A program made the translations under genes and the position numbers. Shown piece by piece: positions 9,448 through 18,854 of a DNA stretch of 64,000 bases. The stretch spans positions 7,562-71,561 of the forward strand of contig JAPPIK010000015.1 of the NCBI GenBank assembly GCA_028820655.1, in the 5' to 3' direction. Below the pieces are notes generated by a model. The model was not told the origin of the DNA. It searched no databases and saw only the letters and a list, made by a program, of their open reading frames with translations. Within the stretch, counting starts at the first letter, position 1. Each line of letters begins with the position of its first letter. Source of the stretch: Candidatus Poribacteria bacterium (GTDB lineage: Bacteria; Poribacteria; WGA-4E; JAJDTR01).

Positions 9448-9563
9448 CATGGAACAACTGCTCAGGTTTCGAGCGCCGCCCTGGCGCCAAACCGTATCGC
9501 AACACCTAGCCGTTTAGATAGCAAACTTCTGACCGGCGTCTGTCAGCAAACGGGGGAAAGCGC
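9448..9563 (+). mobile_element. IS1-like transposase 3' tail remnant (homologous to 24292-24407)
   Basis: Encodes [21 protein letters not shown], matching the tail at 24240-24361. Confidence 0.65.
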
Positions 9564-9747
9564 CCATGACGCCGACGCAAACGGCCGGTTGACGCCCACA
9601 GTGCGCTTGAATGCGCGGCAGCGATCGTAAATTCAACCAGGTGCCTAACATCAGGTCAGTTTCAGCATGCTCTCGAATTGCCTGCAGTTAAGGGACACAG
9701 CACCAGCAAAAGGACTCACGACTAATTTCCGTAAGTCCTTGTTTTTA

Positions 9748-9782
9748 TGGTGCACCCAAAAGGATTCGAACCCTCAACCTAC
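9748..9782 (-). other. Orphan tRNA 3' half (tRNA-Arg-like), probable att-site remnant
   Basis: Minus strand GTAGGTTGAGGGTTCGAATCCTTTTGGGTGCACCA (T-arm + acceptor 3' strand + CCA); adjacent hairpin aaggact..acg/cgtaagtcctt at 9710-9740. Confidence 0.75.
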
Positions 9783-10808
9783 ACCGGTACTCAGCAGCGT
9801 CCTCGTCTCGTCCGTCAGCCGGATGAGCGGCGGGGACATGCCCGGCAGCAACACAGAAGGGTCGCTCTCCACATGCGCCAGTGGATGGAGCTTTGTGAGC
9901 GCCGGGTTCGCAGAGTAGTCACGGCGTACACCTTTGTCCTCCCGGGGCTCGTTAAACCAGCACGGTGAAAACTCCACAATGCGTTTCTGCCGCTCAGTGA
10001 GTTCGGCGTCGTTGGTGTCGTACCCGACGTCGTGGTGGTGCATGCCAAAAGGAACATACTTGCAGAAGAGCGTGCGACGCTCGCCGCTCCCCGCCCACGG
10101 AATAGTTCCATGTTTGAGCTTCTCAGTGAACAAAATGCAGTCCCCAGCCTTGGCCTCGACGCGGTGCACCGGCACATCTTCATCCCAATTTGGCAGTTGC
10201 GACGTCCACTCCGTGTCGCACCAGTTCCGCCTCCAGTCGCCGTCAATGTCCAGCAGTTTCCGCTCATTGGCCGGCTTGTGTGTCCCCGCAACACACCCAA
10301 AGCCCCCGTCATCTGGTCCGACGGTCCTCAGTTCATACACACAGGTGATATGAAAGCTGCCCGTGCCTCCGTGGAGCGCCCCGCCTTTGTCCGGGCCGTC
10401 TGTCGGTTTCCGGCCAGGCTTGTAGTGTATATTGTCGTGATCTAGCCGGAACAAGGGGCGAAGCTCTGCCGGCATGTGTGCAGGGGCATGGCCCCACGAC
10501 GGGTCTCCGAGAATCTCTTCCAAGATGGGCAGCATGGTCTCGTTGTCGATCAGGTCCCTGTAGGCTTTGCTCCAGAACCTTCTTCCCACGTAGGTGTTGC
10601 CATGCCGATCCGTTGTCTGGTGAGTGTCGCGCCTCGGGATGGAGAAGCGGAGCTTTTTATCGGTGTCGCCCTTAGACAGCATCTCCTCCAGCTCTTCGAT
10701 GTGCTGATCGTATACTTCATTGAGCTTGTCGAGTTGCTGTTGATTGAGCACGTCGGGCACGACGACATAGCCTTGTCGTGCGAATGTGTCGCGCATTGCG
10801 TCGTCCAT
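9774..10808 (-). CDS. PhyH family Fe(II)/2OG enzyme
   Basis: QGYVVVPDVL, GGFGCVAGTHK, KAGDCILFTEKLKHGT; first His in LHGG. Confidence 0.87.
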   Translation of the reverse strand: MDDAMRDTFARQGYVVVPDVLNQQQLDKLNEVYDQHIEELEEMLSKGDTDKKLRFSIPRRDTHQTTDRHGNTYVGRRFWSKAYRDLIDNETMLPILEEILGDPSWGHAPAHMPAELRPLFRLDHDNIHYKPGRKPTDGPDKGGALHGGTGSFHITCVYELRTVGPDDGGFGCVAGTHKPANERKLLDIDGDWRRNWCDTEWTSQLPNWDEDVPVHRVEAKAGDCILFTEKLKHGTIPWAGSGERRTLFCKYVPFGMHHHDVGYDTNDAELTERQKRIVEFSPCWFNEPREDKGVRRDYSANPALTKLHPLAHVESDPSVLLPGMSPPLIRLTDETRTLLSTGVG

Positions 10809-10971
10809 CTTCTAATCTCCTCTACGTGTAAGAACCAAGTACGTGTTCATAAGTTTGGGTTGATTGAAACTGTTTAGTCCTTTGATTTCTTGCAGAAAAT
10901 GCAGAACAATCACTTTGTTCCTCAGTCGAACGTAAGTCCGCCCATGTACCCAATTATGAGGGACACACCCA

Positions 10972-11095
10972 GTGGGAGGGGCATCTTGCCCCGATGTGGG
11001 AGGGATGTCCTGACGTAATCGGTTTCCGTTGCGTAATTATTAAATGCGTTGATTTATTGTGAACGCGGGAAATCGGGGCAAGATGCCCCTCCCAC
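10972..11095. repeat. REP doublet (REPIN-like inverted pair)
   Basis: gtgggaggggcatcttgccccgat ... atcggggcaagatgcccctcccac, perfect 24-bp inverted repeat. Confidence 0.8.
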
Positions 11096-11187
11096 ATATA
11101 GGATGCCTCCTGCCGATAGTCGGGAGTAATACATGTCAAATCAACTCTGCCACTATTCGTGGCTGAACTAAACAGTTACGGTTAATT

Positions 11188-11373
11188 TTAAGTGATTTGA
11201 AAATCGATGCGATAGTGCTGACCGTAATGTCTGAGGATGTGCTGTATCGAATCGAGTAAGGCTTTGAAATCCGTGTACGCCGCAATAGGCAACCACTGAT
11301 ACTTTATCCGCCGCCACAGAATCTCAATCTTGTTCAGATGCGGACAATACGGTGGAAGATACTTGACAATCAA
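11188..11373 (-). mobile_element. IS630-family transposase C-terminal remnant
   Basis: YLPPYCPHLNKIEILWRRIK matches the LPxYSPELNPIExxW motif. Confidence 0.85.
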
Positions 11374-11720
11374 TCCGCGTTTGATACTGGAAAATCATCG
11401 ATTGTCCCGTCTCTCTTAATTCGACAGATCTTCTCAACGTTTCTGATAATTTTCGGACCAATCAATTCTCCGCCACGACGCTCTTCAAAAAGGTAGAATC
11501 CGGAGAATTCCCAATCCTCATGGAATTCAATGAACAGTTCGAAACGCCTCCCGTGAAGGATCCCTTTGACAATAACCGCTTCGGGCGTATTGTCGCTTTC
11601 AAACGAACGGTTGATATCGACGTCTTCGCTGTTTTCTCTGGTGTTATGAACATAGCCATACGGGTTGATGCACGGCAAGATGAGGAAGTCAAAAACCTGC
11701 AAGAGATCGGTGTTAAGCAA
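11370..11720 (-). pseudogene. M14 metallocarboxypeptidase/desuccinylase-type internal fragment
   Basis: LPCINPYG, RENSEDVDINRSF, FIEFHEDWE; lacks N-terminal HxxE and is cut at the IS630 stub. Confidence 0.75.
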
Positions 11721-12375
11721 GAGTCGGGACTGTCATTTCACTTTTCTGACGCGAACGAACGCGCAATGGGCGGTTATCCCACTGCAAAAGTTGAAGAACT
11801 AAATTGACACCTTGTTTTCGCCCAAATAGCACATGAATCTCGATGTTTATAAATCCCGTTGAATCCGGTTGGCATAAGGGTTTGAACTGTTTGGAATGGT
11901 ACCCTTGTCTGTATATGGACCCTTGGAACCCTTATCACATCTACAAACTGTGAATTATGACGCTCAGATTATGGGTGATTCGAGCAAAAATGGGGTAAAA
12001 GTGCCGTTTATGGGGCGAAAGGTGTCTCAGTCGTTAGCGGTACCATTTGAGCTCTGTCAAGTTCAATAGCCACAAGGGTTTGACCAACTTTTAAAAAGAA
12101 GCAAATTCGCAGCCATTCGGGCGAAATTGAGGTGCAAAACTCGAGCAACTTCAACACGAGGGCTATTGTGTCCCGGAAAACGTGGCATCTGATGCTCTTC
12201 TCGAGCGCGAGCCTGTTGGGAGAAGCAAGCAGGTAAGAAGAATCTATTCTCGATCTATCGGGTTGAGATTTTTCCCACTCTTCCACTTTCTCTTTGCTGC
12301 TACTGAGTGTATCGCCGGACCCAACTGAGATTTGTCAGTCAATCGGGATCTGCCCCTTCGGTTGATCTACTCTAT

Positions 12376-14295
12376 CTACGGATAAAACTGATACATCGTT
12401 CTGTCCAATATCACATTCAAGAGACTCCAAATGCTGCCCATCAAGAAGTCACCAAGGACAAGCCCCAAGAAAAAGGGAATTGCGCGTCGGTAGCTCCGGA
12501 TCCCGCCGTGTTTGAGGATGGCCCATTTCAGAAAAAGGCAAATCAGCATGGGTATCCAGAAGTCCGATATCTGCTGATTTGAAGCCATCACGTAGCCCAG
12601 TGGGTGCAGTGGGAGCCAGAAAAATCTGACGCGCAAATATGTCAACACCCCCATAACACCGAAGCCGACTCCCATAAACAGAACGCCAATCCAATCGGTA
12701 GTGGTCGGGTAGTGAAGCAAATTGGTCAACCGCTCGAAGAATTCTCGGCCATACCGCAAGGCCCATCCGCCGAAGTAGGCGGACTCGGCTCCTTTCTCAT
12801 AATATAGGTGGAGTTGAACCCAAAAGTAACTGATGATGCCGATTCCGGCCGCAATGAGAATGCCCGCAAGCATTCGCCGCGGGCTAATATTGGCTTGTTC
12901 AGCAATCTTAAACGCTTCCAATTGATGAGGCATCTGCTGAGGTCGGTAACCCCTGTTGAAAAAGCAAATTGATAACGTCGTTAAGTTTTGTGGCCCCAGG
13001 CCTCTGGTGCCGAGGATCGTATTCAACACATAACGAGGCGCTTGCCAGGGGTAGCGATGAACGAAGATACCGGCTTCGGTGCGAATACGGGTCGTAATAA
13101 TCGGCGTGATGAGAAAAAGCAAACTGAATATCGAAGCTATCCAGAGCGACATGCCAGCTCTGTGGAGAGCCAGGGTAAAAAGGGAGAGCCCACCAACCAG
13201 CCCCCAAACTGCCGTGCGATAGCGCATCGGCTCATCCGCATCATCGCTTGTTGTCTCTCGTCTGAAAGCATTTTTCAATATGCTTCTGAAATGGTGCCTT
13301 CCCACCCAAAGGAAGAAGATGCAGAGGCCTAAAAATGCGCCGAACGCCTGCTCGTCCTGATAAGGGTAATTCGGAAGTTTGCCAAAACCATAGACGTTCG
13401 CAAGCGCAAGCTGGTTGCGGTAAAGAAAATAGAAGAGGGCGGTTGAAAAGAGTAGGTCAAGCGGCATTAAAAACATAATCCCGATGGCGAATGGATAGAA
13501 AGCAAGCCATACACCGTTATACAGGTTGAACGGCGGATCAAGGAACGAATAATAATCGCGTGTGACCGGGATATGTGGGATGACGGGATAAAGTGTACTG
13601 AGTCCGTTGAACAGACTGATGCCCCCGGCGATGGCAAAGCCAAGCCACATTCCTTTATTACGAAAGAAACCTGAGGTGGGATGAGTCATCTGTAGGGGAA
13701 GTTGGATAATCGGGAAGGTTAATCGCTCGCGGTCTGCCCATTGTCGCCGCAGAATGGTATTCAGACAAAGAAAAATAAAAGCCAGAAGAAGAAACAGCGC
13801 CAACCAGGCGAGTATAACCGGCACCCACACTTTGAGATGATGCTCCAGGTAGAAACTCGACTCGCCTAGATAGTATCCTTTCAGTGCCTTCTGATCATCG
13901 ACAGTCAGCCAACCGGGGATATAAGACCAGAATAGCGTTTTCCATTCATTCTCTTCGGTAGCGAACCAAAAGCCGTGTCCTGAGACAGACAGAACTGCTT
14001 GTAGGACGTCGCCGCCCGCAAGCGTTGTGGCCAAAGAAAGCATCACGTAAAGCAGCAACAATTCATCCCGTCGAAGTGCCATACTTGGCGCAAAGAGATG
14101 GATGAGTCTGCTTATGACAAGAATCCCCATCAGGATGAAAATGACGTTTGACAGCGGCACAACCCAAGTCGGAAAGGTGTAGCGCACCAATTCCATCTCG
14201 ATGAGCATGAAACAGTTAATTGGTGCAACGAGCAGGACGATAAGCAAAACGCGCCAGGTCAGTCCGCGTTGCTTATCCGTTAATTGAGATTCCAT
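12376..14295 (-). CDS. Polytopic membrane protein, DUF6785/DUF6784-like (putative transporter)
   Basis: Many TM segments; LRRQWADRERLTFPI, WLPLHPLGY, PFFLGLVLGDF motifs. Confidence 0.75.
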   Translation of the reverse strand: MESQLTDKQRGLTWRVLLIVLLVAPINCFMLIEMELVRYTFPTWVVPLSNVIFILMGILVISRLIHLFAPSMALRRDELLLLYVMLSLATTLAGGDVLQAVLSVSGHGFWFATEENEWKTLFWSYIPGWLTVDDQKALKGYYLGESSFYLEHHLKVWVPVILAWLALFLLLAFIFLCLNTILRRQWADRERLTFPIIQLPLQMTHPTSGFFRNKGMWLGFAIAGGISLFNGLSTLYPVIPHIPVTRDYYSFLDPPFNLYNGVWLAFYPFAIGIMFLMPLDLLFSTALFYFLYRNQLALANVYGFGKLPNYPYQDEQAFGAFLGLCIFFLWVGRHHFRSILKNAFRRETTSDDADEPMRYRTAVWGLVGGLSLFTLALHRAGMSLWIASIFSLLFLITPIITTRIRTEAGIFVHRYPWQAPRYVLNTILGTRGLGPQNLTTLSICFFNRGYRPQQMPHQLEAFKIAEQANISPRRMLAGILIAAGIGIISYFWVQLHLYYEKGAESAYFGGWALRYGREFFERLTNLLHYPTTTDWIGVLFMGVGFGVMGVLTYLRVRFFWLPLHPLGYVMASNQQISDFWIPMLICLFLKWAILKHGGIRSYRRAIPFFLGLVLGDFLMGSIWSLLNVILDRTMYQFYP

Positions 14296-14539
14296 TTATC
14301 CTTTTTTTTATGCTACGATGAATGCTTGATATCGCGATAGTGCGACTTCTCCTCCAGCTTCAGCGGTTTTTTTGCTAGAAAAAAAGGGGGCATGGTTAGG
14401 TGTTCTTGCGCCCTATCGAATGCGAATCCACGAAGGTAGTGTTTGTCGTGGGCTAGATTTCTAAAATGAAATCCACTGGCAGGTCGTCGGGTGGCGTGTT
14501 TATATATCGGTCGGCAGCTTCTTGAACTCGCTGCAGCTC

Positions 14540-15300
14540 CTCAGAACTGAGGGCGTTTTTCAAAAACCACGCGCTGTGGCTGGGATACCAGTTGCTGGTG
14601 AAGATGTTTTCTGGCAATCGGGCAAAGGTCTTGGCTCAATCCGTTGAGCAGTGGGACGATGTTACGCCTGATGGACTAGCGCCAAGACAAGCCGGTTGAG
14701 TGCAAATGCCCCATTGCTATGGACGAACAACCCGCCGGTTGGCGATACGCAAACCCAACAAGAAAGGTGGCTGCCGTTATGTGGTTCTGGTCATCACCGA
14801 TATGCAAGCCGACCTTTTGACACTGCTAGGGCGTTACGATGCGCGTAGTAGGGTTCCAGAAAGTATGTTCTGCCAGGATAACCAAGGCTTAGCCAAACGA
14901 AAACTGCGAAAACAGAAGTTCGAGGCACAGCAAATGCTTTGTCTGCTTTCCCAACTAGCGCACAATTTGATTCGATGGGTGCAGCGGTGGATACTCGATG
15001 TATTGGAGACCAATCGGCAGATAGAAGCGCATGCCCGGCAAATGCTCAGTCAGCCATTGCCCGACCAAAGTCCAGCTTTGCCAGACATCATCGCACAGAC
15101 AAAAAATCCATCAAGCAACGCGGTATTAAGCGATGGGTCAGACAGATGTTTGCCCTAAGCGGACGGGTCGTCATTAAACGGGGTTCGGTCACCCGTCTGA
15201 TACTCAACGCTGCTTACCCATTGATTGACCGCTTTGTCATAGCATTTGAGACTTTGTCAGGTCCTTATGGTGTCCATGTTTGCATCGGCAAAACCTGGCA
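14540..15300 (+). mobile_element. Degraded DDE transposase (IS1380/IS4-like), frameshifted with stops
   Basis: YDARSRVPESMFCQDNQGL..RKLR.QKFEAQQM..LL.QLAHNLIRW, then a second frame RGIKRWVRQMFALSGRV. Confidence 0.7.
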
Positions 15301-15906
15301 GCTTATCAACCGAGTTGGAACCATTGGAGGGCAATCAAACACAATCATAGCAAAGGCTTAGACGTGTTCAAGCACATGCAAGAATTCGCCGTATTCGGGC
15401 GAAAGTGAGGCCCTAAACTTTAGGCATTTTTGTAATGGTCAACCATATGTTGCGCACCTGCCGATAAATCGTCGGGCTACAATACGGCGCCCGATGAATC
15501 GGACTTCAAGCCCCAAGGGTGCTGTTCCGCAGCTCGATGGCTTCATCACCGATCTGTTTATTCGACTGTGCTATGACTCGAAACAAACTGCAGCGCAGCT
15601 TGTGCGAGGAAGCCTGAGCTGGTTTCACCATAGATGTTCCGCAATGTGCCTTTCGGCAGGTCTTTCTTCGGGTGATGAACAGTCACTCTGCTCGGTTTGT
15701 CGGGATGTTTGTATCGATGATGACTTCCACGAATGTGAACCCATATCCAACCTTACTCTCTTTACCCTTGCGATCACTTGGCGACTTGACATATTCCGAT
15801 AATACACACTGTACACATAGCATGTCAAGTGAGATTTCTTTGGCGTTCAAGGTGTTTGACAATCCGCTCAATCCGAGCTTATCGTTTCGCCAACCCAATT
15901 CGGAGA

Positions 15907-16125
15907 AGACTCGGAACAACTGTTGAATTGGCCTCCCATCTCGCACGAGCGTCACAGGACCATTGGTTTGATACTATGTTTGCGGGTCGATGCCGATGTA
16001 CCGGAAGAAGGAGGCCGCCAGGTCATCCGGCGTGACGCCTTCGTCGACAGGTGCCGAGGCGATGTCATCGGTTTCTCCGTTTGCTTGGCCGACTTGAACA
16101 TCTCCGCCTGCCATCAGTGGAAGGT
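15907..16125 (-). pseudogene. DUF1501-family C-terminal remnant
   Basis: LMAGGDVQVGQANGETDD...VTPDDLAASFFRYIGIDP...DGRPIQQLF, with stop and indel. Confidence 0.7.
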
Positions 16126-16561
16126 ACTTGACTAAATGACTTGGCTCTGCTATACTCATAAAAGTATTTCGATCTTTGACGAGGTACGAGGTTGCCATGT
16201 GCAATGCCTGTATGGCGTAAATCCTTGTGCGTAATCAGAAAACTAAAATTTCTGTCTAAAGGATGGGGGTAGGTACACTCTGATTGGCTGTTCCGTTAGA
16301 GTATATCTCCGCAAGGAGAAATTACGTTATAATCTCGATGACTGTCCCGAAAACTTTCGAGATCTGACTTGTTATCCATATGGAGCAAGGACATCGGGAG
16401 CTATGCGTAAGGAATCGCATGGATTGTGCATTTATATTTCCATATAAATTGCATCTTTTCCATGTAGAAAGGAATGGTCAATATTTACCGTTGTTACCTA
16501 GTTCATAATGCTCTACACAATTAAAAACCATCACGTAGTCATATTAAAGGAGGGTTTCGTG

Positions 16562-17347
16562 ATGAAGAGATTAGCTTTTCTTCTTGCAGCCGCATTGCTT
16601 TTAGCGGTTGTTCCCGTTGTTGGGTTCTCACTAGAGACAGATAACCATACGGTATTGCTCTTTTTGTTAGACGAACGCCATGTCGATGCTGATGGGGTTT
16701 GCTGCAATACTGTCAAAGACCTTTCAGGGTTAGGCAACGATGGAACGATTGAGGGCGAGATCAAAGTGGTTCCGGGGAAGATGAATAACGGTTACGAATT
16801 CGATGGGAATTCATATATCCAGGTTCCAAAATCCAGGGCGCTGGATATCACGCAACACATCACCGTTGAGGCATGGGCGAAACCGGAGCAGTTGGCCGGT
16901 GAGAATTTTATCCTCGATAAGAGGGCGGGTAATCCGCGGTTGGGATATGAGCTTTTCCAGGTTGACAACGTTTTTGGATTCATGATGGCGACCCCCGGAA
17001 AGAAAGCTGTTCTTAACCAAGACGAGCCCGCGCCTATTGGTACGTGGCAATACCATGCCGCTACCTATGACGGTAAGACGATGAAATATTATCGGGATGG
17101 TGAGTTCCTTAAGGAAACGGATCAGATTGGGGACCTTGGCGTTGAAAGTGACCTTTTCATCGGTATTGAAGGTTTCCCGGCTGGGACTAGACACCCCTAT
17201 AAGGGTGTTTTGGACAATATCCGTATTTCGAAGATCGCACGGACAGCAGACGAGATAAAGGAGACGTACAATAAAGTATCACGAATCGCCGCCGTGAATC
17301 CCGATTGGAAGCTCGCCCAAACTTGGGGCTTAATCAAAACCCAATAA
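16562..17347 (+). CDS. Secreted LamG-like jellyroll protein, copy 1
   Basis: AAGGAGG RBS, signal peptide, D.SG.GNDG, ITVEAW, WQYHAATYDG, GVLDNIRIS, C-terminal VNPDWKLAQTWGLIK. Confidence 0.92.
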   Translation: MKRLAFLLAAALLLAVVPVVGFSLETDNHTVLLFLLDERHVDADGVCCNTVKDLSGLGNDGTIEGEIKVVPGKMNNGYEFDGNSYIQVPKSRALDITQHITVEAWAKPEQLAGENFILDKRAGNPRLGYELFQVDNVFGFMMATPGKKAVLNQDEPAPIGTWQYHAATYDGKTMKYYRDGEFLKETDQIGDLGVESDLFIGIEGFPAGTRHPYKGVLDNIRISKIARTADEIKETYNKVSRIAAVNPDWKLAQTWGLIKTQ

Positions 17348-17396
17348 AGAATCCGGGGTAGTCCTTAAGATGTAAGGATGGGTAGTGCGCGGAGAA

Positions 17397-17615
17397 GACT
17401 CGGAACAACTGTTGAATTGGCCTCCCATCTCGCACGAGCGTCTCAGGACCATTGGTTTGATACTTTGTTTGCGGGTCGATGCCGGTGTTCCGGAAGAAGG
17501 ACGCCGCCAGGTCATCCGGCGTGAAGCCTTCGCCGACAGGTGCCGAGGCGATGTCATCGGTTTCTCCGATTGCTTGGCAGGCTTGAACATCTCCGCCTGC
17601 CATCAGTGGAAAATA
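17397..17615 (-). pseudogene. DUF1501-family C-terminal remnant, copy 2
   Basis: LMAGGDVQACQAIGETDD...TPDDLAASFF..GIDP...DGRPIQQLF. Confidence 0.7.
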
Positions 17616-18047
17616 CTTGACTAAATGACTTGGCTCTGCTATACTCATAAAAGTTTTTCGATCTCTGACAAGGTACGAGGTTGCCATGTGCAATACCTGT
17701 ATGGCGTAAAACCTTGTGCGTAATCGGAAAACTAAAATTTCTGTCTATATGGCGGAAATTATCTCTGATTGGCTGTTCCGTTAGAGTATATCTCCGCAAG
17801 GAGAAATTACGTTATGATCTCGATGGCTGTCCCGAAAACTTTCGAGATGAGACTTGATATCCATATGGAGCAAGAACATCGGGAACTATGCGTAAGGAAT
17901 CGCATGGATTGTGCATTTATATTTCCATATAAATTGCATCTATTTCCATGTAGAAAGGAACGGTCAATAATTACCGTTGTTACCTAGTTCATGATGCACT
18001 ACACAATTAAAAACCATCGCGTAGTTATATTAAAGGAGGGTTTCGTG

Positions 18048-18785
18048 ATGAAGAGATTAGCTTTTCTTCTTGCAGTCGCATTGCTTTTAGGGGTTACTCC
18101 CGTTGTTGGATTCTCAGAGACAGTATTGTACTTTCCGTGTGATGACATCCAAGGCGATACTGTCCAAGACCATTCAGGGGCAGGCAACGATGGAACGATT
18201 AACGGCCAGATCAATCTGGTCGCAGGGAAGTTCGGTAACGGTTACGAATTCGATGGGGCATCGATGATCCAGGTTCCAAAATCCGGGACGCTGGATATCA
18301 CGCAAAACATCACCATTGAGGCATGGACGCTGAAACACGAGGCGGGGGCCGAGGAGCAATTTGTCTTCGATAAGAGGGCGGGTGGTCCGCGGTTGGGATA
18401 TGAGTTTGTCCAGATTAACGACGCTTTTGGACCCCATTTTGTCACCCCGCCCGAAGTGAAAGCTATTATTTTGCAAGACGAGCCCGCGCCTCTTGGTACG
18501 TGGCAATACCATGCCGCTACCTATGACGGTAATAAGCTAGTATATTATCTGGATGGTCAGTTCCTTAAGGAAACGGATCAGAGTGGGGACCTTGGCGTTG
18601 AAAGTGACCTTTTCATCGGTGCGGAGAATGGGACCAAAGGGTTCTATGTGGGTGTTTTGGACAATCTCCGTATTTCGAATGTCGTACTGACAGAAGACGA
18701 GATAGCGCAGGCGTTCAATCAAGCTACCGCCGTGAATCCCCAATATAAGCTCGCCCAAACTTGGGGCTCAATCAAAACCCAATAA
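18048..18785 (+). CDS. Secreted LamG-like jellyroll protein, copy 2
   Basis: Same architecture; ends VNPQYKLAQTWGSIKTQ. Confidence 0.92.
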   Translation: MKRLAFLLAVALLLGVTPVVGFSETVLYFPCDDIQGDTVQDHSGAGNDGTINGQINLVAGKFGNGYEFDGASMIQVPKSGTLDITQNITIEAWTLKHEAGAEEQFVFDKRAGGPRLGYEFVQINDAFGPHFVTPPEVKAIILQDEPAPLGTWQYHAATYDGNKLVYYLDGQFLKETDQSGDLGVESDLFIGAENGTKGFYVGVLDNLRISNVVLTEDEIAQAFNQATAVNPQYKLAQTWGSIKTQ

Positions 18786-18793
18786 AGAATCCG

Positions 18794-18840
18794 GTAGTGC
18801 ACTACATTTCCCATCATTACATGTAGTGCACTACCCCATC
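18794..18840. repeat. Palindromic element with two GTAGTGCACTAC 12-mers
   Basis: gtagtgcactacat-N-atgtagtgcactaccccatc. Confidence 0.75.
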
Positions 18841-18854
18841 AGAAAGGGGGCGAA

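Larger units (their letters stand above)
15901..17388 (+). repeat. Tandem duplication unit 1 (DUF1501 stub + upstream region + LamG gene)
   Basis: cggagaagactcggaacaac... to caaaacccaataaagaatccgg repeated at 17390-18800. Confidence 0.92.
17390..18800 (+). repeat. Tandem duplication unit 2
   Basis: Upstream non-coding part ~95% identical to unit 1 by eye. Confidence 0.92.

Noticed and set aside
9748-9782. Functional tRNA gene
   Set aside because: No D-arm, anticodon arm or 5' acceptor strand upstream; that DNA is PhyH coding sequence.
15494-15900. Short ORFs upstream of the duplication
   Set aside because: Stops in all frames and no recognisable family.
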